This document shows, piece by piece, positions 36,330 to 47,489 of a stretch of 64,000 nucleotides of DNA. A program made the translations under genes and the position numbers. Origin of the DNA: Eledone cirrhosa (lineage: Eukaryota); the NCBI GenBank assembly GCA_964016885.1, contig OZ024762.1:7192001-7256000 (forward strand). Direction: 5' to 3'. Position 1 is the first letter of the stretch. Each line of letters starts with the position of its first letter. Below the pieces are notes generated by a model, which was not told the origin of the DNA, ran no database searches, and worked only from the letters and a program-made list of their open reading frames with translations.

Positions 36330-39300
36330 AGTAGTGTTGGTGGTAGTGGTGGTCTTAGTGTTGGTGGTAGTGTGTTGGTGGTAGTGTGTTGGTGGTGGTG
36401 GTCTTAGTGTTGGTGGTAGTGTGTTGGTGGTGGTGGCCTTAGTGTTGGTGGTAGTGGTGTTGATGGTGGTGGTCTTAGTGTTGGTGGTAGTGTGTTGGTG
36501 GTAGTGGTGTTGATGGTGGTGGTCTTAGTGTTGGTGGTAGTGTGTTGGTGGTGGTGGCCTTAGTGTTGGTGGTAGTGTGTTGGTGGTAGTGGTGTTGATG
36601 GTGGTGGTCTTAGTGTTGGTGGTAGTGTGTTGGTGGTGGTGGTCTTAGTGTTGGTGGTAGTGTGTTGGTGGTAGTGGTGTTGATGGTGGTGGTCTTAGTG
36701 TTGGTGGTAGTGTGTTGGTGGTGGTGGCCTTAGTGTTGGTGGTAGTGGTGTTGATGGTGGTGGTCTTAGTGTTGGTGGTAGTGTGTTGGTGGTAGTGGTG
36801 TTGATGGTGGTGGTCTTAGTGTTGGTGGTAGTGTGTTGGTGGTGGTGGCCTTAATGTTGGTGGTAGTGGTGTTGATGGTGGTGGTCTTAGTGTTGGTGGT
36901 AGTGTGTTGGTGGTAGTGGTGTTGATGGTGGTGGTCTTAGTGTTGGTGGTAGTGTGTTGGTGGTAGTGGTGTTGATGGTGGTGGTCTTAGTGTTGGTGAT
37001 AGTGTGTTGGTGGTGGTGGCCTTAGTGTTGGTGGTAGTGGTGTTGATGGTGGTGGTCTTAGTGTTGGTGGTAGTGTGTTGGTGGTAGTGGTGTTGATGGT
37101 GGTGGTCTTAGTGTTGGTGGTAGTGTGTTGGTGGTGGTGGCCTTAGTGTTGGTGGTAGTGGTGTTGATGGTGGTGGTCTTAGTGTTGGTGGTAGTGTGTT
37201 GGTGGTAGTGTGTTGGTGGTAGTGGTGGTCTTAGTGTTGGTGGTAGTGTGTTGGTGGTAGTGTGTTGATGGTGGTGGTCTTAGTGTTGGTGGTAGTGTGT
37301 TGGTGGTGGTGGCCTTAGTGTTGGTGGTAGTGGTGTTGATGGTGGTGGTCTTAGTGTTGGTGGTAGTGTGTTGGTGGTGGTGGCCTTAGTGTTGGTGGTA
37401 GTGGTGTTGATGGTGGTGGTCTTAGTGTTGGTGGTAGTGTGTTGGTGGTGGTGGTCTTAGTGTTGGTGGTAGTGGTGTTGATGGTGGTGGTCTTAGTGTT
37501 GGTGGTAGTGGTGTTGATGGTGGTGGTCTTAGTGTTGGTGGTAGTGTGTTGGTGGTGGTGGCCTTAGTGTTGGTGGTAGTGGTGTTGATGGTGGTGGTCT
37601 TAGTGTTGGTGGTAGTGTGTTGGTGGTGGTGGCCTTAGTGTTGGTGGTAGTGGTGTTGATGGTGGTGGTCTTAGTGTTGGTGGTAGTGTGTTGGTGGTGG
37701 TGGTCTTAGTGTTGGTGGTAGTGGTGTTGGTGGTGGTGGTCTTAGTGTTGGTGGTAGTGGTGTTGGTGGTGGTGGTCTTAGTGTTGGTGGTAGTGTGTTG
37801 GTGGTGGTGGCCTTAGTGTTGGTGGTAGTGGTGTTGATGGTGGTGGTCTTAGTGTTGGTGGTAGTGTGTTGGTGGTGGTGGTCTTAGTGTTGGTGGTAGT
37901 GGTGTTGATGGTGGTGGTCTTAGTGTTGGTGGTAGTGGTGTTGATGGTGGTGGTCTTAGTGTTGGTGGTAGTGTGTTGGTGGTGGTGGCCTTAGTGTTGG
38001 TGGTAGTGGTGTTGATGGTGGTGGTCTTAGTGTTGGTGGTAGTGTGTTGGTGGTGGTGGTCTTAGTGTTGGTGGTAGTGGTGTTGGTGGTGGTGGTCTTA
38101 GTGTTGGTGGTAGTGGTGTTGGTGGTGGTGGTCTTAGTGTTGGTGGTAGTGTGTTGGTGGTGGTGGCCTTAGTGTTGGTGGTAGTGGTGTTGATGGTGGT
38201 GGTCTTAGTGTTGGTGGTAGTGTGTTGGTGGTGGTGGTCTTAGTGTTGGTGGTAGTGGTGTTGATGGTGGTGGTCTTAGTGTTGGTGGTAGTGTGTTGGT
38301 GGTGGTGGCCTTAGTGTTGGTGGTAGTGGTGTTGATGGTGGTGGTCTTAGTGTTGGTGGTGGTGGTCTTAGTGTTGGTGGTAGTGGTGTTGGTGGTGGTG
38401 GTCTTAGTGTTGGTGGTAGTGTGTTGGTGGTGGTGGCCTTAGTGTTGGTGGTAGTGGTGTTGATGGTGGTGGTCTTAGTGTTGGTGGTAGTGTGTTGGTG
38501 GTGGTGGCCTTAGTGTTGGTGGTAGTGGTGTTGATGGTGGTGGTCTTAGTGTTGGTGGTAGTGTGTTGGTGGTGGTGGTCTTAGTGTTGGTGGTAGTGGT
38601 GTTGATGGTGGTGGTCTTAGTGTTGGTGGTAGTGTGTTGGTGGTGGTGGCCTTAGTGTTGGTGGTAGTGTGTTGGTGGTGGTGGCCTTAGTGTTGGTGGT
38701 AGTGGTGTTGATGGTGGTGGTCTTAGTGTTGGTGGTAGTGTGTTGGTTGTGGTGGTCTTAGTGTTGGTGGTAGTGGTGTTGGTGGTGGTGGTCTTAGTGT
38801 TGGTGGTAGTGGTGTTGGTGGTGGTGGTCTTAGTGTTGGTGGTAGTGGTGTTGATGGTGGTGGTCTTAGTGTTGGTGGTAGTGTGTTGGTGGTGGTGGCC
38901 TTAGTGTTGGTGGTAGTGGTGTTGATGGTGGTGGTCTTAGTGTTGGTGGTAGTGTGTTGGTGGTGGTGGCCTTAGTGTTGGTGGTAGTGTGTTGGTGGTG
39001 GTGGCCTTAGTGTTGGTGGTAGTGGTGTTGATGGTGGTGGTCTTAGTGTTGGTGGTAGTGTGTTGGTGGTGGTGGTCTTAGTGTTGGTGGTAGTGGTGTT
39101 GGTGGTGGTGGTCTTAGTGTTGGTGGTAGTGGTGTTGGTGGTGGTGGTCTTAGTGTTGGTGGTAGTGGTGTTGATGGTGGTGGTCTTAGTGTTGGTGGTA
39201 GTGTGTTGGTGGTGGTGGCCTTAGTGTTGGTGGTAGTGGTGTTGATGGTGGTGGTCTTAGTGTTGGTGGTAGTGGTGTTGGTGGTGGTGGTCTTAGTGTT

Positions 39301-39870
39301 GGTGGTAGTGTGTTGGTGGTGGTGGCCTTAGTGTTGGTGGTAGTGGTGTTGATGGTGGTGGTCTTAGTGTTGGTGGTAGTGTGTTGGTGGTGGTGGTCTT
39401 AGTGTTGGTGGTAGTGGTGTTGATGGTGGTGGTCTTGGTGGTGGTGGTCTTAGTGTTGGTGGTAGTGGTGTTGATGGTGGTGGTCTTAGTGTTGGTGGTA
39501 GTGTGTTGGTGGTAGTGTGTTGGTGGTGGTGGTCTTAGTGTTGGTGGTAGTGGTGTTGGTGGTGGTGTGTTGGTGGTGGTGGTCTTAGTGTTGGTGGTAG
39601 TGGTGTTGATGGTGGTGGTCTTAGTGTTGGTGGTGGTGGTCTTAGTGTTGGTGGTAGTGGTGTTGATGGTGGTGGTCTTAGTGTTGGTGGTAGTGTGTTG
39701 GTGGTAGTGTGTTGGTGGTGGTGGTCTTAGTGTTGGTGGTAGTGGTGTTGGTGGTGGTGTGTTGGTGGTGGTGGTCTTAGTGTTGGTGGTAGTGGTGTTG
39801 ATGGTGGTGGCCTTAGTGTTGGTGGTAGTGGTGTTGATGGTGGTGGCCTTAGTGTTGGTGGTAGTGGCAG
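36330..39870. repeat. 3.5-kb GT-rich minisatellite (~34-36-bp variant units)
   Basis: gtgttggtggtagtggtgttgatggtggtggtctta and gtgttggtggtagtgtgttggtggtggtggcctta alternate. Confidence 0.95.
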
Positions 39871-39958
39871 TGGTGTTGATGCCAGTGTTAGTGATTGTGT
39901 TTCGCGGCTAGCGTCTCTGATTCGAATGCTGGTTTACACACACATTTATAAATAATTA

Positions 39959-40480
39959 TCTATATCTACATATAAAATAAAATATTGGAACTTCCACCAT
40001 CCCCGCTACTTCTATGCAGTGGCACACATTTTACAGTCAGGCAGATGAGGAACCATCTCCTAGAGGTCACTATTCTTGGAGGCAATCATCAAGGAGAAAG
40101 TGCCTTTATTCCTCTTATCCCTTCCTCTACTGAGCTGCCATTCAAATTCTCAAGACTTCAGTTCCCTGTTAGAACCAGTTTTACTATGACCATACATAAA
40201 GGTTAGATTCAGAGTTTCAAAGTTGTAGAATTGAATAGAAGAGAATCGCTTTTTACTCATGGACAGTTATATGTAGGTTGTTCACAAGTGGAAACACCTA
40301 GAATTCTTCACATACTACGTACAAACGGTAAAACGAAGTATTTTTTACTGTTTTTTGTTTTGTCACACACACACTATGGTCTCACCTCATACTGTAAACC
40401 AAACAAACATCCGATACAGTCATTTTCTCTTCTATCTGTCTTCTCTTATCATCCTGGGTAAAGCTGGGTACATCAGCTAG
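39959..40480 (+). mobile_element. Non-autonomous Helitron carrying a PIF1-helicase C-terminal relic
   Basis: 5' TC, 3' subterminal cctgggtaaagctggg hairpin then CTAG, inserted between A and T; FPVRTSFTMTIHKG and LFTHGQLYVGCS match helicase motifs V/VI (FPxRLAFAMTINKSQG, FSHGQLYVACSR). Confidence 0.85.
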
Positions 40481-40586
40481 TAGCTTATAAATCTTTATCT
40501 CCTCAGCACTTCATAAAAATCTGAGAGACTGGCTATGTATACTCTGTGTATATGTTTTGTGAGTTATTTTATCTTTTATTTTTCAG

Positions 40587-40750
40587 ACCAGCCAGACATG
40601 GGAACTGGACAACGGTGTACAATAATTCTGCTCCTCAATGGGTCATTGAGGAGAGGTTTCTAAATGGAGAGAATTACATCTTCCAGGTGAGAGCTAAAAA
40701 TCCTCGAGGCTGGAGTGACTTCAGCAAAACTAGCCAACCATTCTTTCACA
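40587..40750 (+). CDS. ROS1: ROS1-like exon 21 (last FN3)
   Basis: tttcag/gtgagt; WTTVYNNSAPQWVI...YIFQVRAKNPRGWSDFS. Confidence 0.92.
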
Positions 40751-41762
40751 GTGAGTTGTTGTTATATCTATTTCTCATCACCCCCATCATCATCACCACC
40801 ATCACCATCACCACCATCACCACTACCATCACCATCGTCATCATCTAGTGATTTAGTGAAGAACACGACACACAACTCAGTCCAGGAATCGAACCCACAA
40901 CATGATGATCATATATCCAACACTCTTACTACTAGGACATCAAAAAGATGACAGGATTACTTGCCAACGTATTTCTGAATAGACCAAGAAAGAAACGAAG
41001 AACATAAAGTATACAGTCCCCTCTCCACAGCTCCCGCCTTACCGAGCCCCTTGCAATAGAGCTAATCATGTAAAAATAGCTGATGAACTGTAGAACTCCA
41101 GTGGGAAATAAACCGAAATATATGAATGTATTTAGTATTTACGGTAATTTTGTGAATAAACCAAGAGTTATGTACCTTGGTTAGAGATTATTTAGAATTA
41201 TCTCCCTTGTTTCTTTTCATTTATGCTTTTCCTTTCGCTACATTTGTAATAATTACTGTTAATAAAATGGGGACGGATTAACCAAGACCGCCATGTCCCG
41301 ATGTACAATAGTGAACCGGATTAGATCACTCTCCTTCTCGCAGTTTAGGATAGAGTTGAGGCCATTATCGTCTGACTTATGAGAGAGAGAGAGGTGACTA
41401 ATAATGATAAGCTATTCAAAATTCAATGGAATTATCAGTGCAGGCAGTACTAGATTTACCTACAAGCCGACTATATTTGGGCCACACGCCTCCGGAAGCT
41501 TCATTTTAATCATTAGTTTTTATTCTTTAACACTAAATCATTAAACATTATATATATATACCACTGTAAAGTTGGTACCACAACATCCAGTCCAAATAAA
41601 TGAGATAATGAGATCGAGATCGTGTAGGTGTCACGAGAAAAAAAAACACACAGCCCACGCTGTAATGTGGCCGTGTATATACTAATACTCAGCTGTAGCA
41701 ATGAGATGAAAGGGACTGGGGTACATATCATTCCACTGGAAAGTGGACGATTATTAGGAAGA

Positions 41763-41816
<54 letters not shown>

Positions 41817-42215
41817 AGTAAGTAAGACCCCGACGGCTGAGCTCAAGCCGTTTCGACGGCTAATTCTGTACAGAATTAGCCGTCGAAACGGCTTGAGCTC
41901 AGCCGTCGGGGTCTTACTTACTCCTATTACCCACTCTACTACCCTAAGTATTGAGTACTTTGGTGCGTTGTGGTCCACCTGGTTCCTTACCACTTTTCCC
42001 TCGCTATATATATATATATATATATATGTATTGAAATTTCCGTTGAAAACAGAAAAGGTCATAGAAGTAAAGAGTGCTCTATGTAAGTACCAGAGCAAAT
42101 TTTAATGTATAAAAATCAATACAATATAATTACCTCATTACCAGAGGTTTCCCGAATGAGGCGAATACGAAAGAAACGTCTTCATTCGTTCGTCAGACGA
42201 CCATGTTTTATATTG

Positions 42216-42285
42216 CCTCGTCTGACGAACGAATGAAGACGTTTCTTTCGTATTCGCCTCATTCGGGAAACCTCTGGTAATGAGG
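42216..42285 (+). ncRNA. Candidate minimal type-I hammerhead ribozyme (Penelope-like-element type)
   Basis: Stem I cctcgt/atgagg; core CTGACGA 42222-42228; stem II cgaatga/tcattcg; GAAA 42267-42270; short stem III cc/gg; GTA site ending at 42279. Mirror copy on the minus strand at ~42133-42200. Confidence 0.6.
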
Positions 42286-42393
42286 TAATTATATTGTATT
42301 GATTTTTATACATTATATATATATATATATATATATATTGTCCCTCATTGAATATGTTGATAATGTTACTACTTGATGTTTCCAATATTTCAG

Positions 42394-42486
42394 AAATAGA
42401 CCGACCCGAGGGAAATATGTTCCAGTACACAATAATCCCAATAACGTTGTTTATTGTCATCTTCATCTTAATTTTAATTTGTATTT
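42394..42486 (+). CDS. ROS1: ROS1-like exon 22 (transmembrane helix)
   Basis: ttcag/gtaagt; IDRPEGNMFQYTIIPITLFIVIFILILICI, followed in the next exon by the stop-transfer FKKR. Confidence 0.9.
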
Positions 42487-43690
42487 GTAAGTAATATATA
42501 TTTTATATATTTTTATTTTGTTGTTATTTTATGGTGGTGAATTGGCAGTATCAGTTCAGTGGAATGTTAGGCGGTTTGGAGTTACGTCCCTTTACATTCT
42601 AATTTCAAATCTAATTTCAAATTTGGTGATCTTATCCTAAACCCATGATAGCATGGAAGATAGACGTTAAACGATGATGATGATGATGATGATCCACTGA
42701 GTGCTTTGTTCTTTGTATTCAGTGTGTATTATTTACACTAGCAGAAAAACCATCCAAAGGGTGGTTTTCTGCTAGCATGTGTAGTGTGTATATTGATATT
42801 ATACGCAAGTATATATACATGTAGATATGATACATCAAATAAAATCGTAAGTGACAATATACACAGAAATTGAACGAAGTCTATGTTACACTGTCTAATC
42901 CATGAGACATTAAAAAAAAGACGATATTATATATAAACTGCATTAGGAGAAAATTAGTGACGGAAATATATAAATGTTTATTTAAGCGATCGCTAACTGG
43001 AAGTGTTGCCATTTGAAAATTTTATAGAAGTGAATCTTAAAATAACCAACAAAATTATTCATATTTAATCAAGAATAACGAAATTTAGTAGATAAATTAT
43101 GTAATATTCATTCATTATTTATTCAAAGTAATCCAACTTATTTTACAAACGGGATAAAAAAATATATTCTGGACGCAGTCCCGCACTCCTTACTTAGCTA
43201 ATAGTTTAGATAAGGGCAGTGAATTGGCAGTATCGGTAGAGGGTCGGACGCCATGCTTTGCAGCATAGAGTTACGGCCCTTTGCATTCTGAGTTCAAATC
43301 CCGCCAAGGTTAACTTTGCTTTTCATCCTTACGGGGTCGATAAAATAAAGTACCAGTAATGCACTGGAATAATTGCTGGCCTTGTGCCAAAAGTAGAAAC
43401 AATTATTTACATATAGGGACATTCAGATTGAGGTGTTTCACGCTCCTATTTACTTATTTACATAAACAATATATTTTTAGAACTGTTGAGCAGGTAAGAA
43501 TTTTATTGGCTAAGTGGACCAGTCCATTGTGGTTGAAGTCTCCCAGGTCATCTACTAAGTGAACAAGTAGTTGTTTTTGTCAGAACCTTTGTTATGTTAT
43601 GTTCCAGATATCAACTTAATAATGAGAAAGTTAGTTATATTACAAAATCTCTCCAAATTCTTGATTATTTTCAAAATTACTTGAAAATAA

Positions 43691-43807
43691 CTGTTTCTAC
43701 TTTAGGCACAAGGCCAGCAATTATTTGAACTCAGATCGTAAAGGGACGTAACTATGCTGGGAAGCATGGCGTCCGACCCTCTACCGATACTGCCAATCCA
43801 CCGCCCT
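43691..43807 (-). mobile_element. Internally deleted SINE A copy with 15-bp TSD, nested in the AT-rich element
   Basis: attacttgaaaataa at 43676-43690 and 43808-43822; central domain missing. Confidence 0.85.
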
Positions 43808-43947
43808 ATTACTTGAAAATAATAGGCAGTGTCTTGCATTAGAAATATGGTAAAGAAAGTGTTAAAGTGTTTATATTTATCTAAAAACATTTGTTCATAT
43901 TTAATAATGTAATAATACTTAATTAGGTTGCTGCTTAATTATTTCAG

Positions 43948-44083
43948 TGTTCAAGAAGAGACAGACTGAGAAGAAACGAATCACTCATGTTAATGATGGT
44001 CACAACCCTGATGTGGAATTGGCTACATTACAAGATCTACCCCACATTGCCGTCCAACAGAACAACACCCTTTACTCAGTCGG
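43948..44083 (+). CDS. ROS1: ROS1-like exon 23 (juxtamembrane)
   Basis: tttcag/gtacat; FKKRQ...PDVELATLQDLPHIAVQQNNTLYSV, cf. ROS1 DKELAELR. Confidence 0.9.
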
Positions 44084-44528
44084 GTACATACACATTCTCT
44101 CTCTCTCTCTCTTGTCTGCCTCTCTCTTTTTCCCCACTATCATCCCCCTCCCTCTCTCTCAGGGATGTATTAACCCCAAGGAAAGGGTTAAAGAATTCCT
44201 ATTAAAATATTCTAAGATTATTTGATATCCCGCCGAGGTTTACTTTGCCTTTCATCCTTACGGGGTAGATAGAATATAGTACCAGTAATGCACTGGGTAA
44301 TTGCTGGCCTTGTTCCAAAAGTAGAAACAATTATTTGATATAAGAACGCCATGCTTTCTAGCATAGTTACGTCCCTTTACAGTTTGAATTCAAATCCTGT
44401 CGAGGTTAACTTTGCCTTTCATCCTTACGGGGTTGATAGAATATAGTACCAGTAATGTACTGGGTAATTGCTGGCCTTGTGCCAAAAGTAGAAACAATTA
44501 TTTGATATAAGAACCTTTTGCTAAAATA

Positions 44529-44726
44529 CGAGGGTCAGCTAAAAAGTTCATAGGCTGACCAAGATACTCTCATGGAATGACAAAATGAGGTTTATTTTTC
44601 AACATAGATCCTGGAAAGAAGCAATGCCATTATTAATAAGAAGAGTTGAAATTAATGCATGCAAGATTTCCCAGCTCTACCATCACTCCTTCATAGTCAG
44701 CCTATGAACTTTTCAGCTGACCCTTG
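44529..44726. mobile_element. Mariner-type MITE
   Basis: ~31-bp TIRs cgagggtcagctaaaaagttcataggctgac / gtcagcctatgaacttttcagctgacccttg, TA duplications. Confidence 0.9.
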
Positions 44727-45248
44727 TATGTTACAAATGTCATCTTTACAATGAAATAATTAATATTTTTAGGTCAGGAAAAAGTTAAAGAATCCCTATT
44801 AAAATTAAAATATTCTTCACTCACTTATTCCTAAGAGGGTCATAGGGGCAGTTTCCTCAAATACTCCTGCCAGAGGGTCCTATCAGAAGCAACTGTCTCC
44901 AATTGATCTGGCTGGATCTTGAAGTGAGACCAGCCAAGCTCATGGATGTTATCCAGCCATCTTACTCAGGATCTCCTCCTGGGACTCCTGCCAGTTGGTT
45001 TTGCCTGTAAAATCTGTCCAATGATTCTTTCGTGGGACATTCTAACCACATACATGTCCGTAGTACTGTAGCAACTCTACCTGGAGCAACTCTCTGATCT
45101 TTATCATGAAATAATTAATATTTTTGTAAAGCCTCCCTCCACCCCTATCCAAAGCCTTTGCCAATTAATTCAAATCGAATGTATTTCATTCTTCAAAATA
45201 TTGTGAGGAAAGTGTTAAAATGTTCCTGTGATTTTGTGACTCTTGCAG

Positions 45249-45405
45249 TATGGTACCAACTGACGCTGATCTCATTGCTTTGCCACACTTCCGACATGAC
45301 CAACTTATCAGGAAGAAATTCTTGGGAAGTGGAGCTTTTGGTGAAGTCTTTGAAGGTGTTTGTAAAAGCTGTGTAGCAAATGGAGAAACGCGCGTTGCCG
45401 TCAAG
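45249..45405 (+). CDS. ROS1: ROS1-like exon 24 (kinase P-loop, VAVK)
   Basis: tgcag/gtattt; FLGSGAFGEVFEG...VAVK. Confidence 0.97.
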
Positions 45406-45571
45406 GTATTTTTTGTTGTTGTTACTGTTGTTGTTGTTGTTGTTGTGGGTAGACATATATGATGTTGTTGCCATTGTTGTTAGACTATACAATGTCATTG
45501 TTGTTGTTTGTGTTGCCGTTCTTAGTGGTATATATGATGCTATTAGTGTTATTGGTTGTGGGAGTGTATAT

Positions 45572-46186
45572 TTCCTAGGGCAGGTAAAATTCCCAAGATC
45601 CATGGATGAGTTCTCTCCAGCGGTCTCTGTCCCTCATTATCGCTGCCATGTCCTGCGTCTCCAACAGACCAGTGTCTGTCCTTAGGGCATCAACATACGT
45701 TAACCTTGGTCTTCCTCTTCCAGTGTGTCCATGTAGGGGATCCCACAGGAGCATTGAGTGCAATGTCAACTCTGGATGTCAGTATTTGTCACCAAAACTA
45801 TGTCGTCAGCAAATTCAGCATCCGATATCTTTTTCGCCTTAACTCTCCTGCTCTGAGCCGGTGCTACAGTAAAGCCAGGATCCAGCCTGAGATGGAGAAG
45901 AAGCTCAGGGACAACCATAACGGCTTCAGAGAGGGAAGATCAACCACCAGTCACATCCTGATGCTGAGGAGGATATTTGAGGGAGCTAGAGCAAAGTGCC
46001 TTCCTGCGGTCATGGTTTTCATTGACTTTAGGAAGGCCTTTGATTCTGTGGACCGTTACTGCCTGATGAAGATCTTACAGGCTTATGGAATCCCCAAGAA
46101 GATAGTGGACCTGATATCACTGCTCTACGCCAACACCAAAGCCCAAGTCATTACACCTGATGGGATGACAGAGTTCTTTGAGATAC
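45572..46186. mobile_element. RTE-like LINE insertion with 5' inversion and 13-bp TSD
   Basis: Minus-strand C-terminus (LLWDPLHGHTGRGRP) and RT motif (AEFADDI); plus-strand RT N-half (GFREGRST...FIDFRKAFDSV); TSD tgggagtgtatat at 45559-45571 and 46187-46199. Confidence 0.88.
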
Positions 46187-46404
46187 TGGGAGTGTATATA
46201 TTGTTGTGAAAGTATGTGGCTTAGTGGTTAGCATGTTCAGCTCAGGATCATAAGGTTGTGAGTTCAATTTCTGGACAGTTATTGAATTTTTTTGTTGTTG
46301 TTAGTGCAGTTGTCATTGTTGTTGTTAATGAGGTTGTTGCTATTGTTGTTGTTAAATAGACAAAGAAGAAAACCTGCACTATCAATATACAGAGTGTGCT
46401 GAGT

Positions 46405-46892
46405 GGATTTTATTGTGGTACCAGTACTACCACTTTACAGAATGTACTGGGTCCATTTTATTGTGACACCAGTATTACCACTTTACAGAATGTACTGGGT
46501 CCATTTTATTGTGACACCAGTATTACCACTTTACAGTATGTACTGGATCCATTTTATTGTGACACCAGTATTACCACTTTACAGAATGTACTGGGTCCAT
46601 TTTATTGTGACACCAGTATTACCACTTTACAGAATGTACTGGATCCATTTTATTGTGACACCAGTATTACCACTTTACAGAATGTACTGGGTCCATTTTA
46701 TTGTGACACCAGTATTACCACTTTACAGAATGTACTGGGTCCATTTTATTGTGACACCAGTATTACCACTTTACAGTATGTACTGGATCCATTTTATTGT
46801 GACACCAGTATTACCACTTTACAGAATGTACTGGGTCCATTTTATTGTGACACCAGTATTACCACTTTACAGAATGTACTGGGTCCATTTTA
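46405..46892. repeat. Minisatellite, 48-bp unit, ~10 copies, with 240-bp higher-order duplication
   Basis: Sequence lines at 46441/46681, 46501/46741 and 46561/46801 are identical. Confidence 0.95.
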
Positions 46893-46936
46893 TCATTGCA
46901 TGAGACTAAGAGATCTGTCTTCTTGTTTTGTTTCAG

Positions 46937-47131
46937 ACACTGAGGAAATGTGCTTCCGAACATGAGAAGGAAGAATTTTTAAAAGAAGCTTTACTCATGA
47001 GTAACTTCAAACATGAACATATTCTAAGACTATTGGGTGTCTGCTTTGATGGTAACCCTCAGTTCATTGTTCTAGAACTTATGGAAGGCGGGGATTTACT
47101 TCTTTATCTGAGAAACTACCGACCATCTTCG
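46937..47131 (+). CDS. ROS1: ROS1-like exon 25 (kinase alphaC, hinge)
   Basis: tttcag/gtaagt; TLRKCASEHEKEEFLKEALLMSNFKHEHIL...FIVLELMEGGDLLLYLR. Confidence 0.97.
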
Positions 47132-47174
47132 GTAAGTATTTTCTATCTAATATGGTTACTGAAATATTGAAATA

Positions 47175-47479
47175 CAGTGGAACCTCCGTTCATGAACAAA
47201 TCAGTTCATGAGCAATTTTTCCAAACATAAAACATCTTGGTTTACAAACAGTGTCTTGAGTAACGAACACAGAAGCCAGCAACAACAGTTGGCAACAAGC
47301 TGGGAGTATCAGCAGGAAAGCATCACTTGTAGTTAGTTACTATGGTGATATCTATCTGTCTTTCATACATAGTCTCTCTCTCAACATTCTGTATAGGAAA
47401 AATAGTTTCAGTTTACAAACATTCCGGATTACCAATGGCCTTCAGGAATGAATTAAGTTTGTGAACTGAGGTTCCACTG
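47175..47479. mobile_element. Tigger/pogo-type MITE
   Basis: TIRs cagtggaacctc / gaggttccactg with TA on both sides. Confidence 0.9.
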
Positions 47480-47489
47480 TATGTGTAAT

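Noticed and set aside
41078-41130. ctgatga...gaaa as another hammerhead
   Set aside because: No consistent stem I or stem III/UH site could be drawn.
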